From positions 61,256,001 through 61,320,000 of the forward strand of contig CM052828.1 of the NCBI GenBank assembly GCA_028534125.1: 64,000 nt of DNA, read 5' to 3'. This DNA is from Lama glama. Its lineage: Eukaryota. The first letter of the stretch is position 1. Every line of letters starts with the position of its first letter. Of the stretch, positions 37,301 to 49,076 are shown piece by piece. Both the position numbers and the translations under genes were made by a program. A model generated the notes under the pieces. The model did not search any database. It was not told where the DNA came from and worked only from the letters and a program-made list of their open reading frames with translations.

Positions 37301-39396
37301 CACAGCCATGGCCACCAGGAAGGAAGGTGTTTCCCAATCTGCCAGAAATGCCCTTAGTGCATCTGGCACGAGATTTATCCCCTGAACACCAGCTCAGGAA
37401 ACACCCTGGGCCGCCTCCTTCCTTATCTCCCAGGCCACACGCCACCTGGGGGGAAGGTCCAGTCCCACAGGGGTTAGGAAACCATCTTTGCTGTTCAAAC
37501 AACTGAAGATACTCTGACACCATGAAACCTCGCGTGCAGGGACACAGCCCAGGAGTGCTGCAGCTCCTCCTGCGGGAAAGCTGCTAGAACTAGGGGCTGT
37601 GAACCAAACCCCCGGCCCTGGCCGCCGCGTGGGGGATGAGCGAGCACAGCTCTCTCCCAACCTCACCTCCTACGGGGATGTCTGGGGCAGGTCACACGCT
37701 TAAACATGAGACACCAGACAACACTTTTATAATCTCAGGACAGATGCGGTCTGAGCCCAGGCACTAAAACCACCTAAGAAACTCGAGTACATAATTTAAA
37801 AAGACGAAACTGGTTTGGCAAGTTGACAACAGCAAAAACACAGCTAAGAACAGAAAGCCAAAGTGACAGGAAGCAGGAACTGCTGTGACACTCCCACATC
37901 TGCCTGAGGGCCGTGAGTCTGGGTGACTTCTGGGGAAGCGGAAGTCACGGGGACCCTGGGGCAGCAGAGGGCAGGGGCGTGCTCCAGGTCACCCGCGATG
38001 TACGCCACAGGTCTGGCTCCTTGAGAGCAGGGGCCCGTCTGCCCAGCATGTGCTCCTGGGAGGCCACCTGGGAGGTACCCCCGCCCCCTACCCCCCACTA
38101 CATCCATCACTTCCTGTCCCCCGGGGCTGGGGCTGGTGGTGGTGACCCGGGGCGAGTCAGGTAGGGCCAGCGGCTGGTGGGTAGGTGGGGACGGCCACAG
38201 TAGTGGGGCCCTGGCCAGCTCTGGTCTGCCGCCTGCCCTCCACGCTCTCCCCAAGGCGCGGTCCGAGCCAAGCACAGGAGACCTGGCGTGCAGGGCTGGC
38301 TGTGCACTCAGAGCCACTCCCCTCTCAGGTGGAACAGGTGCATGAAGACCAGTGTGGGTGGGCTGGTGTTAAGTGGACAGCACCGCAGGGCGTGTGGACC
38401 AGAGCCAGGGTGCGAGCCAGGCTCCGCTGAGATGGTGCTCGGTGCCACGTGTGGACTGGAATTCATGCAACAGGACCCCCAGAGCGTCACTTCTACTGTA
38501 TGATCATTCAGAACAGCAACTCTAGTAAAAAGGCTCATGACGAACTGAGGGAGATTTTGCTGCCTTGAGTACAAATGGCTGATCTGCAAAATCTTCCACG
38601 GCTCCTACAGAGAAAAGCAGGCAAAGAAAACGAACCATTCACAGAAGGAACGCGAGGCTGCCAGACACGCAGGCCAGCCTCACTCCTCTGGGAGAGACAC
38701 AGGCTGAACTGACTGGGTGTCGTTTTCCACCAGCAGAGACCAGGCAGTGAAAAGACCCCCCTGGGCTGGTGTGCGGTGGGGACGGGTCTGCCCTCCCGGG
38801 GCGCCGGGGCCCGGGGACCGACCTTGGCCTCCCCCCGCGACCCCGCCCGGGAATCTGTGCTGCAGGCACGTGCAGACAAGGCTGCCGTCACCCCCGGTCT
38901 GTTACGGTGGAACCTGGAGCCGGCTGGGAGCCTGCAACACTCACTGCCAAAAGGCGCCCCCGACCCCCACCCGCCACAGCGCGGGCGCGGACACCGGTGC
39001 CAGGCCCACAAAAGCACACGCGGGGCGGCGGGGAGGTCGGGCGGCACAGCGAACTGCCTGCGCCTGTGAGAAACGAGGCGCCGCCTGGGTCTCTCCAGGT
39101 CTGAGATATCCTTAGAATCCGTGGCCGTGGGGAAGGGGACGTGACTGAGTGGGAGGCAGGGCTGGACGCGCCTGCTCCTCCCCTGGGAAAGGGCCGCCTC
39201 TCACACTGGGCGCACCTCCCGCCTGCTCAGGCAGCCAGCGGCTTCTTGCTTAGAAAAGGAAGCTCCGCGAAAAGGGAGCGGCTGCCGGCGGGTGCTGTGG
39301 CTCCAAGACAACGGGGGCACTCAGACTCCTCCTGAAGACGACAGCGAAGCCGAAGCCGCCATGACTCCGGGGCTCCGAGGAAGGAGACAGACTTAC

Positions 39397-39459
39397 TTTG
39401 CACGCAGGTGACAAAATCTGGGTTCTTGGCATACGGAGATCCGTGTTTGCTGATGCATG
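39397..39459 (-). CDS. GAS6: GAS6 exon 4, disulfide loop ACISKHGSPYAKNPDFVTCVQ
   Basis: cttgcAG acceptor and GTAAGT donor; 63 nt; phase 1-1. Confidence 0.96.
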
Positions 39460-40696
39460 CTGCAAGACAGGACGGGCGGCGCATCACTCTCCATCACGGC
39501 CGGAGCGGGCCCACACCACCGGGCAGGGGGCCATTCACACTGAGCAGGCACCACCTCCTCCAGCAGTAGCCCAGCCTGGCTTTTGTGGGCACGGAGCATC
39601 TAACACTGGCAAATGGGGGTGCCGCCACCCACATGGAGAACGTGGTCTCCAAAGGGGCACTGGTGGCACGCAGCAGGCCACCCAACCGTGGTCAGAGCTG
39701 AGCCTCCACCCGCACCTGGCCCTGGGTCTGGACACCAGTCTCTCTGGAGCTCCTCCACGCGGATCCGGACACTCCGCGCAGGGCCTGGGGCAGGAGCAGG
39801 GGTGGCTGGATGAGCTAAACTTGAACTTGGGCACAGGGGTTGTCGACTGTCCCTCCCCTGGCCCTTCTGTAGGTGGCCACTGCTCCCACAAGCCAAGTGG
39901 GATGTGGGCGCAGCAGCGGATGGCCCCAGAGGTGGGCTCGGGGGCCACTGCCACCTTTGCCTGAGGAAGCAAGCCCACAGGCCTGGGAGCAGGCCGGCAG
40001 GGGGCCCACAGCGGGCTTCTTGGGGCTGCTCACGGGTCCACTCTGCTTACTGACAGATGTGGACACAGAGGGGCACCTCCCAGAGGCTCTAAGGCCAACG
40101 GGAACTTTACCAACATGCATTCACACAATGAAAGGGAGGCCCCGGAACACACCGCTCTCCTCGCAAGGGCAGACAGGTCTGGGGGACCCGGGCCTTCCAG
40201 GCTGCACTGACGAGACCCGCTGTCGGCCCCGAGGGCCACCAGGGCTTCCCAGAGGCCCAGCGGGTGACCCGCTGCTGAGGGTGTGCCCACACACACCTGT
40301 CGTTCAGAGTAAACAGAAACCTTGCTAACGTTCTCGGCCTTAATGAGCAGCATGGCAAGCAGCGATATGCACAGCCCACGCACACGAAAGCCCTACGAGG
40401 TCTTCAGTGTCGGAGTCAACAGTCCCGAGACCAAGGAGTCCGAAAACACCAAGTCAGTCAGTCCCACTTAACGAGCTAAGCCTGCAGCCGAGCAGAGCAG
40501 AGGGCGTCGCCCAGCTCGCCGTGATGGTGTGAGAGACACAGACCAGGGTTTTGACCCGGGAGCTCTGGGCAGTTCCAGACTCACGTGTGATTAAAGCATC
40601 TTTCCTCCAGGAATGACTTAGTGACGGGTCTGACCACCTGTTCCTCCAACATGCGACACACACCCCCAACTAGAAGAAGCAGTGATTTCAACTTAC

Positions 40697-40721
40697 CTAA
40701 GTATCTTGGATAAAAATAGTC
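40697..40721 (-). CDS. GAS6: GAS6 exon 3, 25-nt aromatic-stack micro-exon DYFYPRYL
   Basis: cttctctttttctgcAG acceptor and GTAAGT donor. A 25-nt exon here is typical of vitamin K-dependent Gla genes. Confidence 0.96.
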
Positions 40722-43700
40722 CTGCAGAAAAAGAGAAGGCAAGAGTTCAGTGGCAGGTACCAGGCGTCCGAGCACCCCCGCCAGCAGCTGGCCACCTGCG
40801 CCTCCCTCTCCCCACCCCGGACAGAAATGGCTCCAGGGAGGCTGGCGTCTGAGGAAGGCGCTCAGCACCCATGGGACAGGACAGCCCCGGAAGCCACTTT
40901 TTTGCCTGAAGACCACGGGGAGAGGCGTGATGTCTGCAAGCCTGAGACCAGACCTGCTGTGACCAGCACAGGCCACCTGTGTCCACTGAAAGTGCGAGCG
41001 AAGTGTCTTGTGGGGGGACGAGAAAAGTTCCAAGAAAACTAAGTCTTCGACCCTCAGGGACGCAGGGCCCTTGGGGAAATTCGAGGCCTCTGTGTGACTC
41101 TCAGCAGTTACTGTACTTGGAACACAAGCTACCGGATGGGCTCGGAGGGTATAAACGGGGGTCTTTCCACCCAGGCATGCAGATCAGGAGGTCGGCACAG
41201 TACAGGGTGGTCAGACAGGAGGCTGTTGTCCTGACCCCTCCAGCAGCAGCTCCGGGCGTGGGCCCAGACTCACCGCAGCCTGGCCCCCGCGCACCTGGGT
41301 ATTCTGCTCTGGCCGGCCTCGGAGAGCTTGGCCCTGAAGACCCTCCTGAGGGAGCAGGTGACCGGACGCCAACGTGAACTGCCTGCTGGTGGGACTGCAG
41401 GTTCCTATGCTGCTTGTTTGATTACTCCCCACACCAGCCTCCAAGGAGGGTGTCGTAATCAGCCCCCTTATCACAGACCTGTGAACTGAGGCTCCAGGTG
41501 GGCTGTGGAGTCTGATGAGGCCCCAGAGCTGGGAGGGCGCTGGGGGGAGGCATCAGAGGGCACAGAGGTGCCCGGCCTGCAGGACACGTGCGCCACCGCG
41601 TCTGTCACCTCCACTCGCACGCCCGGCCAGGGCCCCTCGAGCCGGGGCGGGGCGGGGTGCTCACCCTGTGGAGATGCGCTCAGATGCGCTTTTACAAAGT
41701 GACGTTCTGGCAAAGATGCCATCTTTTAAACTCAGCTTCTTTAAAAGAAACGTAAAAGTCAACGTAAGTTTGGGATTCAGTTTGTGTGATGGTTTCAAAG
41801 GTGACATTCAGTGCAAAGGTGACAAAGAGGCAGGCAGAAGCCGGGGGGCTTCGAGGCTCTAGATCCTCTAGGCTCCCGGGACCCTGAGGCTGGGCTCCAC
41901 TTCTTTCTCTTGCTTTCAGTCCTGCGCCAGCCGACGCCAGGAACAGAGAAACAAGGAGTCTGGGGCCCTGTGACCAGATCTCTCAGTGCCCCTCGGGGTA
42001 GTGGCATCGCCCTGGGCTTAGAGGGAGAACAGAGGCCACTGGGCTTTGTCACAAAGTGGTGATGGGGATTAGGACGGACGCAGAAAGTGCCCACCCAGGT
42101 TCAGGAAACCAAGGGTTAGACTGAGAACTGAACGATGGCTAAGAACCGCAGGAAGAGTCCCCAGTGACACACAGATGCCTGCAGACCGCAGCTTTCCAGG
42201 AAGGGGTGCTGTGTTTTCCAAAATTGTGACTGGTTAACAGTACCGTGTGACGTGTTTTAGTAACGAATCCTACTGTTGTGAAAAAGCACTGTTAACAGGA
42301 AAACAACGCCCTTCTGGCCTCAGGGCACCTGCCCTCAGATGCCACCTGCTCCCTGCGGTCTTGTGAACCCGGGGCCCTGGGAGGACCTGAGCCCGAGGGC
42401 AGCTGGGTCCACTCAGGTCTAAAGTGAGGCTGCGATTTGTTCTGAAGCCACAGGGGGAGTTTCTCTGCATGGCCCTGTCTCTGCTCCTGATGAGTCTGGC
42501 CCGGCGGCCGCCTCACCGATGACAGAAGGTGCGGTGAGAGCCTGTGGCTGGTGAGGTCCTTGAGAAGCCCCTCCGTGGACAGACCTCACACCGGCCTCCA
42601 CCTGTGCTGACCACCAGGACCCCGACTTCCCAGCGGGGTCTGTGCCCAACAGCGACTCCACCCCTCAAGGCAAAGGTCAAGAAATGCAGGGAGCAGCCCA
42701 CCCTCACTGGGCTGGGTCAGCGAGGACTGTCGACTGGCCACCCCCAGCACCCTCACTGCGGGACACTTGGTTCTGGAACTGCAGCTCCAGAAGCAGCAAG
42801 GACCTTGGGCAAGCCTCCTCCAGGCAGCCCGCCTGCCTGCAGCTCCAAATCCCCTACATGCACTGTCCTGTGGGGTCCCTCCCTGGGCCTCTGTGGCTGG
42901 GTGGGGAGGGGGCTTTCTGGGGGTCTCTCTATCAGACGTGACGCTCTGAGGGCAGATTCGCCTTCTGAAAAGAGTCAAAGACATGGGAGCCAAGTCTGTT
43001 GGAACGTGCGCTATTGAGATGGAACCACCACCTGGGCTCAAACAGCACAGGACTGAAAACAGCCGCCTCCTGCAGCTTATAAACAAGGCACACTTGCAGC
43101 TGGGAAGGTTCTGGAACTTGGCCTCCGATGGCTACCGAACACCTTCATGTCCAAACCTCTGGGCTCCCCAGAGGCCAGGAACATGGTGGCAGGGCCCAGG
43201 TAAGCCACGGATGAAAGAGGGCCTCCAGCCCGACACTGCGCAGCCTTCCCCACGGTGCCCTCACTGCCTGCCCCCCATGGACGGATGGATGGACTGGGCA
43301 GCGCCCTTCCCAGCTCGGCTGGGAGCCCCGTGGATGCAGCCTTGCACACACCGGGTCGGGGTGCAGGATTCACTCTGTCGTGGAGAATCCGGGAGTTTCA
43401 CCTGGATTTACACGAGGGAACAGGAGTCACGTAGCACATCACAATACATGTGGCTACTTCTCAAACAGTAAACTAAGAATTGATTACTTCCTTTGATGGA
43501 TAACTGCCCCAAAATTTGTTTCCAAAAACCTATGGTCCTTGACGAGGCAGGCGGACGCGCGGGTGTGATGCACACTTTGCCTGTTGATGTGCCACGTGCA
43601 GAAGGTCTCACCCCAGGAAACAGTCAGAGGAACTGACTAATCCTCTGGCCACAGGGGACCCTTGGGGGTGGCTACAGACCCCTGGAAAGCCCAGCTCTCC

Positions 43701-44209
43701 GGGTCCTTTCACACCAGTTTAGGACGATACTTGCTGCTGTCCAGATGCTCAGGGCCCTGGCAAAGCAGTTGTGGCCTTGGGTGCGTGGAACCTGCGCCCC
43801 TTACTCACCAAGTGCTCCCGCTGCAGTATGCACCTGCCCACAGCAGCTTCTCGCCACACGGCCTCCACGTGCTTCCCACCTGCTCTGGGCACCCAGGGCA
43901 CCAGCTGCTGGTGAGGCACCTGCAGGAAGCCCTGAGCGAGTCCTCCAGCCCCTCTGGGTCAGCCAGGCCCTAAGGCAGAGGTTGGCAGCCCTGCCCCTGT
44001 CCCCCAGCTGCGGCTGATGGCTCAGGTGACAGGCGACTGCCCAGGCCCCCAGGGAAGTGGAGGAGCGGCTGGTTCCTCCAAGCTCTGGGTTACGAGGTAC
44101 AGCATAGGTCTCTGACGTGGTTAATGACAGCATCGACTGCCAGGTGTGGAAGTGCTTGTGGACAAATGAACCGTGTAGAACAGGTCTGCTTCCGCACACC
44201 TCTCCCCCG

Positions 44210-44665
44210 CGGCAGAGATTTACAGCTGCTGCCCACGATCCGCGACTCTCCCTTCATCCTCAGTAACAGAACTCTGGATTTATTTGGAGCTGCAATGCCT
44301 CCAGCTACGAGACTACACTTCCCAGCCTCCGTTGCATCTAGGCTGGTCATGTGACTAAATTCTGGCCAATGAGATACAGAGAGTGAGACTGAGTGAAGAG
44401 AGTGCGGCATGTTGGTTCTCCATCCTCCTTGCCGGAATGCAGATGTGATGGCTGGTGCTCCAGCATCTTACCCAGTATTATGAGGAGGCCTGGAAGACAA
44501 GGCCGTGCACCAATCCTGTGGAGCACACACAGGCTGTGTGAGTCCTGGGGCACTCGCCATTGAGCAGCCCTGGTCAGCCTGCCTCCCACTTTTTTTCACC
44601 TGAGAAATAAACTACCTCATTTAAACCTCTGTTGTTTACATTTTCCAAATTTATGCAGCCAATAC
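44210..44665. mobile_element. Old MLT1 (H/I/J-like) LTR
   Basis: actacacttcccagcctcc..ttgcatctagg..gtcatgtgactaaattctggccaatgagat and gagaaataaac motifs. Confidence 0.75.
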
Positions 44666-45390
44666 CAGGCTAGCTGAATCTGACAAATCAGTGCAAACAG
44701 AATTATAAGCACCTGCAAAGTAAAATTATAAATCTACCAAGAGTCAAGGTTTCACACGTCAGTGAGAACGTTTAGGGAAACAGCCACTGCTAAGGCTTTA
44801 ATAAATAAGGCTTTAGACCAATTAAAAATGGAAGAAGAGAAAGTTTGCAAGTATCATGGAAAGACTGCTCCAGGAGAGAGTAACCTGGTGGTCCAGGATT
44901 AAGAGAAGGTGGTGGGAATACTGACAGAGGTGGCACATACTTTCTGCAAAAGTGTCTCCATTTATGGTAAGAAGAATTTTGGCTTTCTAAAAATCATTAT
45001 TGTTTTGGAAAACATATGACCTACCCCTCCCCTCAAATCTTATTTCAATGTCTCTTCGTTCTAAAAATTTAGTGCCTAATTACCCTTATAATCCAAATTT
45101 TATACAGCATGAAATGGAATAAATCTGATTTTCTAATTTACAGTTTCATGCTCAAGTTTAATTTGTACACTCACTGTGTAATCTGATCAGTTTTGAGCGG
45201 AGCACTCTCAGTGCCCTCTCTTCCTATCTAACATGCCCTCCTGGCCAAGGCCTCTGAGAGCTGCTGGCTCTCCCCTTCACAGCACTGATCACCCACAGCT
45301 TTGCTCGGTAAACTCTTCTGTTCTCAAGGCCAAAAGTGGCAATGCCACTCACTTGAGTGGCTGGGGTGCTCATGGGCAGGAGAGGAAACA

Positions 45391-46128
45391 GCTAAGCCTC
45401 GCCGGGCACTAAGCCTCACCGGGCACTAAGCCTCACTGAGTACTAAGCCTCACAGGGTAGTACTAAGCCTCGCCAGGTACTAAGCCTCGCTGGGCACTAA
45501 GCCTCACCGGGTACTAAGCCTCGCCGGGTACTAAGCCTCACCGGGTACTAAGAGCCTTACCAGGCACTAAGCCTCACTGGGTACTAAGCCTCACTGGGTA
45601 CTAAGAGCCTCACAGGGTAGTACTAAGCCTCACCGAGCACTAAGCCTCACTGGGTACTAAGCCTCACTGGGTACTAAGAGCCTCACAGGGTAGTACTAAG
45701 CCTCACCGAGCACTAAGCCTCACTGGGTACTAAGCCTCACTGGGTACTAAGAGCCTCACCAGGCACTAAGCCTCACAGGGTAGTACTAAGCGTCACTGAG
45801 TACTAAGAGCCACACTGGGCACTAAGCCTCACCGGGTACTAAGAGTCTCACAGGGTAGTACTAAGCCTCACTGAGCACTAAGCCTCACCAGGTACTAAGA
45901 GCCTCACTGGGCACTAAGCCTCACCAGGTACTAAGAGCCTCACAGGGTGGTACTAAGCCTCACCGGGTACTAAGAGTCTCACAGGGTAGTACTAAGCCTC
46001 ACTGAGCACTAAGCCTCACCAGGTACTAAGAGCCTCACTGGGCACTAAGCCTCACCAGGTACTAAGAGCCTCACAGGGCAGTACTAAGCCTCACAGGGCA
46101 CTAAACCTTACCAGGTACTAAGCCTTAT
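45391..46128. repeat. Minisatellite of about 41 units, core ACTAAGCCTCACYGGGY (17 bp with 19/20/22-bp variants), higher-order structure
   Basis: Units parsed by eye; lies in GAS6 intron 2. Confidence 0.95.
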
Positions 46129-46264
46129 CTGCCAGGCTGCCATGTCCTCCCAGTGAAATGAAACTCACAGAATTAAACCAGCAGAACTTTACTCAAACTA
46201 CAGCTATGTTGTATTGAGGGATTTCTAAGCACCAGGCCCAGTGCCAAGTCCTTCATGCTCCCTC

Positions 46265-46668
46265 TGGTGGCACAAGAACAACCCAAAGATGTCCAGGTCC
46301 TCCTCCTTGGCACCTGCCAATCCGGTGGGCTGTGCAGCAAAGGCAAGGGGGTGCTGGTCAGGAGAGGAGGCCATCACCTGGGGCATCAGGGTGGGCTCCG
46401 TGGGACCACCAGGTCCTCAGACATGGAAGAGCAAGGCAGCAGGAGAGCCAGAAATGAAAGGAGCCAGATCAAGAAAAGAGCCGCCGACCCTACTGGCCGT
46501 GAAGGTGGAAGAGGGGCCAGGGGATGCAGTGCCTCTAGAAGCTGGAAGAGGCAAGAGAGGGTTCTCAGCTGGACCCCCTGGGGGAGCAGCACCCCAGACT
46601 CACTTCAGACCCTGCCTCCAGACGTGTAGGTCTGTGCTGGTGTGTCATAGCGGCCGTGAGGAACCACA
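46265..46668 (+). mobile_element. MLT1 (C/D-like) LTR
   Basis: cccaaagatgtcca..gcctctagaagctggaagaggcaag..ttcagac motifs. Confidence 0.7.
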
Positions 46669-49034
46669 ACCTCCCCAATCAGATGGAAGCTCCGTCCCCG
46701 CCAGCACGCGGCAGCCGGCCCTGGGGTGCCCAGCGGAACCCCACACGCTGTCCGTCTGCCGGACACAAGGACGTGCCCCCGACGGGCCCGTGAGTAGAGT
46801 ACGTTCCACCTCAAGTTTTGGGGCCCAGGGTGGAGCGGAACCAGCGGGCTCTGGGCAGGGACGAGGCCTACCTGGTCTCAGGTGCACGGGGGGACGCGGG
46901 GCTTGGGCCCCATCCCAAAGCTGCAGGGGGCACCGTGCAGCCGTCCAGCAGCATGAAGAGGACTGAGTGTCGGCCCGTCTTGGGAGGGCCGTGGCAGTGG
47001 CCTCGGGACAAGGCCACTGGTTCCAAGCAGTGGTGGTGGTGGTGGGGCTGCGGCTTCACCCCATGGCCTGAGAGGCGGCAGTGCCCCGATCAGGCTGGGG
47101 AAGGAGGAGAGGAAAAGAGGGGCATCTCAGGCACCACGTGTGGCCCTTCACTGGACCCACACAGGCCACAGGCAGCCACATCAGACACGCAGGTCATGCT
47201 TCCCTGTTTACGTCATTCAGGAAAGTAAGGTACACTTTCTCATCATGCAAAACAGCAAAGTAAAACACTCGACAGAGAACAACATGAACAAGTTAGCAGT
47301 CCAAACAGTGTGGTTGGAGACAGCCTGTGGACAAAGTCAGGGCCTCCAGGAGCGGGCGATGCCCTAGGGCCTGGTCCCTGCAGCGTCCACAAGCAGCCTG
47401 GCGTCTCCTCCATATCCTCCCCCTAGAGACCTGGCTCCGACGAGCCCCTGTGAGCTCCTGGGCTGCGGCTCAGGAGCGCTTCAAACCAGGCGGTGCTAGG
47501 ACTCCTGTCTGCTTGGGGCGCACCTGCAATTCTGTGACATGCTAGTTCAAAAGCCTGCTGCTCCTGGCACGTGAAAGGGAAGGTGACATGCAGCTCGATG
47601 CTTCTCAGCCCGAACCATGGCCCCCACCCCTCCACCCAGGGAGGCGCTCAGTTTTCGGCAGCATCGAATGCACTGGTGCCAAAGGAGACAAACCCAGAGG
47701 GCGCAGAGATGGGTGAGGACCCAGCGACTTCTGTGATGACTTTGTCAGGGTTTGCGACGTGACATGGGAGGGGAGCATGCCTGCCTGGCCCTGGCAGCGG
47801 CCAGCAGCCCCCTCCTAACCTGTCCTGTTCTTCCATTTCAATCTGAAGCGGTGCAGATGCACTAAGGAGACAAGTGTCCAAACCTAGCCTGCCCACCCCC
47901 GCCCCGGGGACTGCACCTGCAGCCGCCAGTCATGCCTCAGTCCTGGGTGGACGGCCCCAGCCCGGCCGCAGGGGCCCCTGGCCGCTGCAGCGGTGACCAG
48001 AAGCTGGCAGAGCCCGGCTGTGAGACTTCCATGGAGCACAATGTTGCAAGAAGAGGTACTCAGAGAACTGGGTCTAGATGGCAGGTTTGGGGAACAGATG
48101 TTGAAAAGAATGCGTTTTATTATTGTGAGCACTAACTGGAGGAAAACAAACTTCATCCACAATTTGGGGGAAAAAATCCAAGAAAATAAGAATGAGAAGT
48201 GTGATAGTAACACGTTACTACCTCCTCTGAAAAGCGTGTTTTCAGTCAGTGCAATTTTCCCCCGGAGGGAAATAAAGATCTCTCCCACCTCCTGCTCCTC
48301 CCTAAAAATTATTTTAAAGCTTAACGAACTGCACTCTGTCAGACTCAAAATTTACAAGGCATACGCACCAGGTATGCAGTGAAATCACTGGACCAAAATA
48401 ACCCCTGAACGGGCAGAGCACTGCCAACATCAAATACTAACCCCCAAACCACAGCAAAGTCCGCACCTCACAGAGACAGCCCCACCTCTGACCGCAGGAA
48501 ACGCAGCGTGAAGAAGTCGGACACCTGCCAGCAGTGCTGGGGTAAAATAATAACCTGGAAGTGTTTGGAATGTCCTGGCCCGGCTACTTGGAATGTCAAG
48601 AAACAGGCCACAAGCATTAGCTTCTCACAAGGGTGCTCTGTCCCTAAGTAACACAGCAGACCTTCCGTGTGTTCAGAATCCCTTCAGTCGGTTTTCCACA
48701 GAGCTGAGCCCACTGGCGAGGATGAAGTGTGATTTGCAAGGACCGCCCTGTCATTAGGCTGGAGAGACCAGCTCTGAGTCCTGCAGACCCCAGGGATTAA
48801 AACAAGCATCTGGGGGGCTGGAGAGAGCCCTCCTCTCCCCCGGGGCCCACCAGGGAGCAGCAGGCCTGGCACCGGGACCTGCGTGCTGGCCCAGGCCTAA
48901 GCAGCCGTCTGCAGACCTCTGAGCTGTGCAGGAGCCAAATCCGGAGAAAACACAACCAGTCGAACAACACTTCAGAGAATCCAGCCACTGCCGGCTTTCT
49001 CAGCCTCCAGGGGAGCGCCCGGGGCCAGGGCCCA

Positions 49035-49076
49035 GCCTGGAGGCCTCGTGCCTGGAGGCCTCGTGCCTGGAGGCCT
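49035..49076. repeat. 15-bp tandem repeat GCCTGGAGGCCTCGT, about 3 copies
   Basis: Directly visible. Confidence 0.85.

Noticed and set aside
45391-46128. CRISPR-like array (constant core with variable segments)
   Set aside because: The variable parts are only a few bases and recur. There are no unique spacers or cas genes, and this is a mammalian intron. It is a minisatellite.
46241-46966. 241-aa plus-strand ORF
   Set aside because: Mostly overlaps an MLT1 LTR fossil; no coding hallmark.
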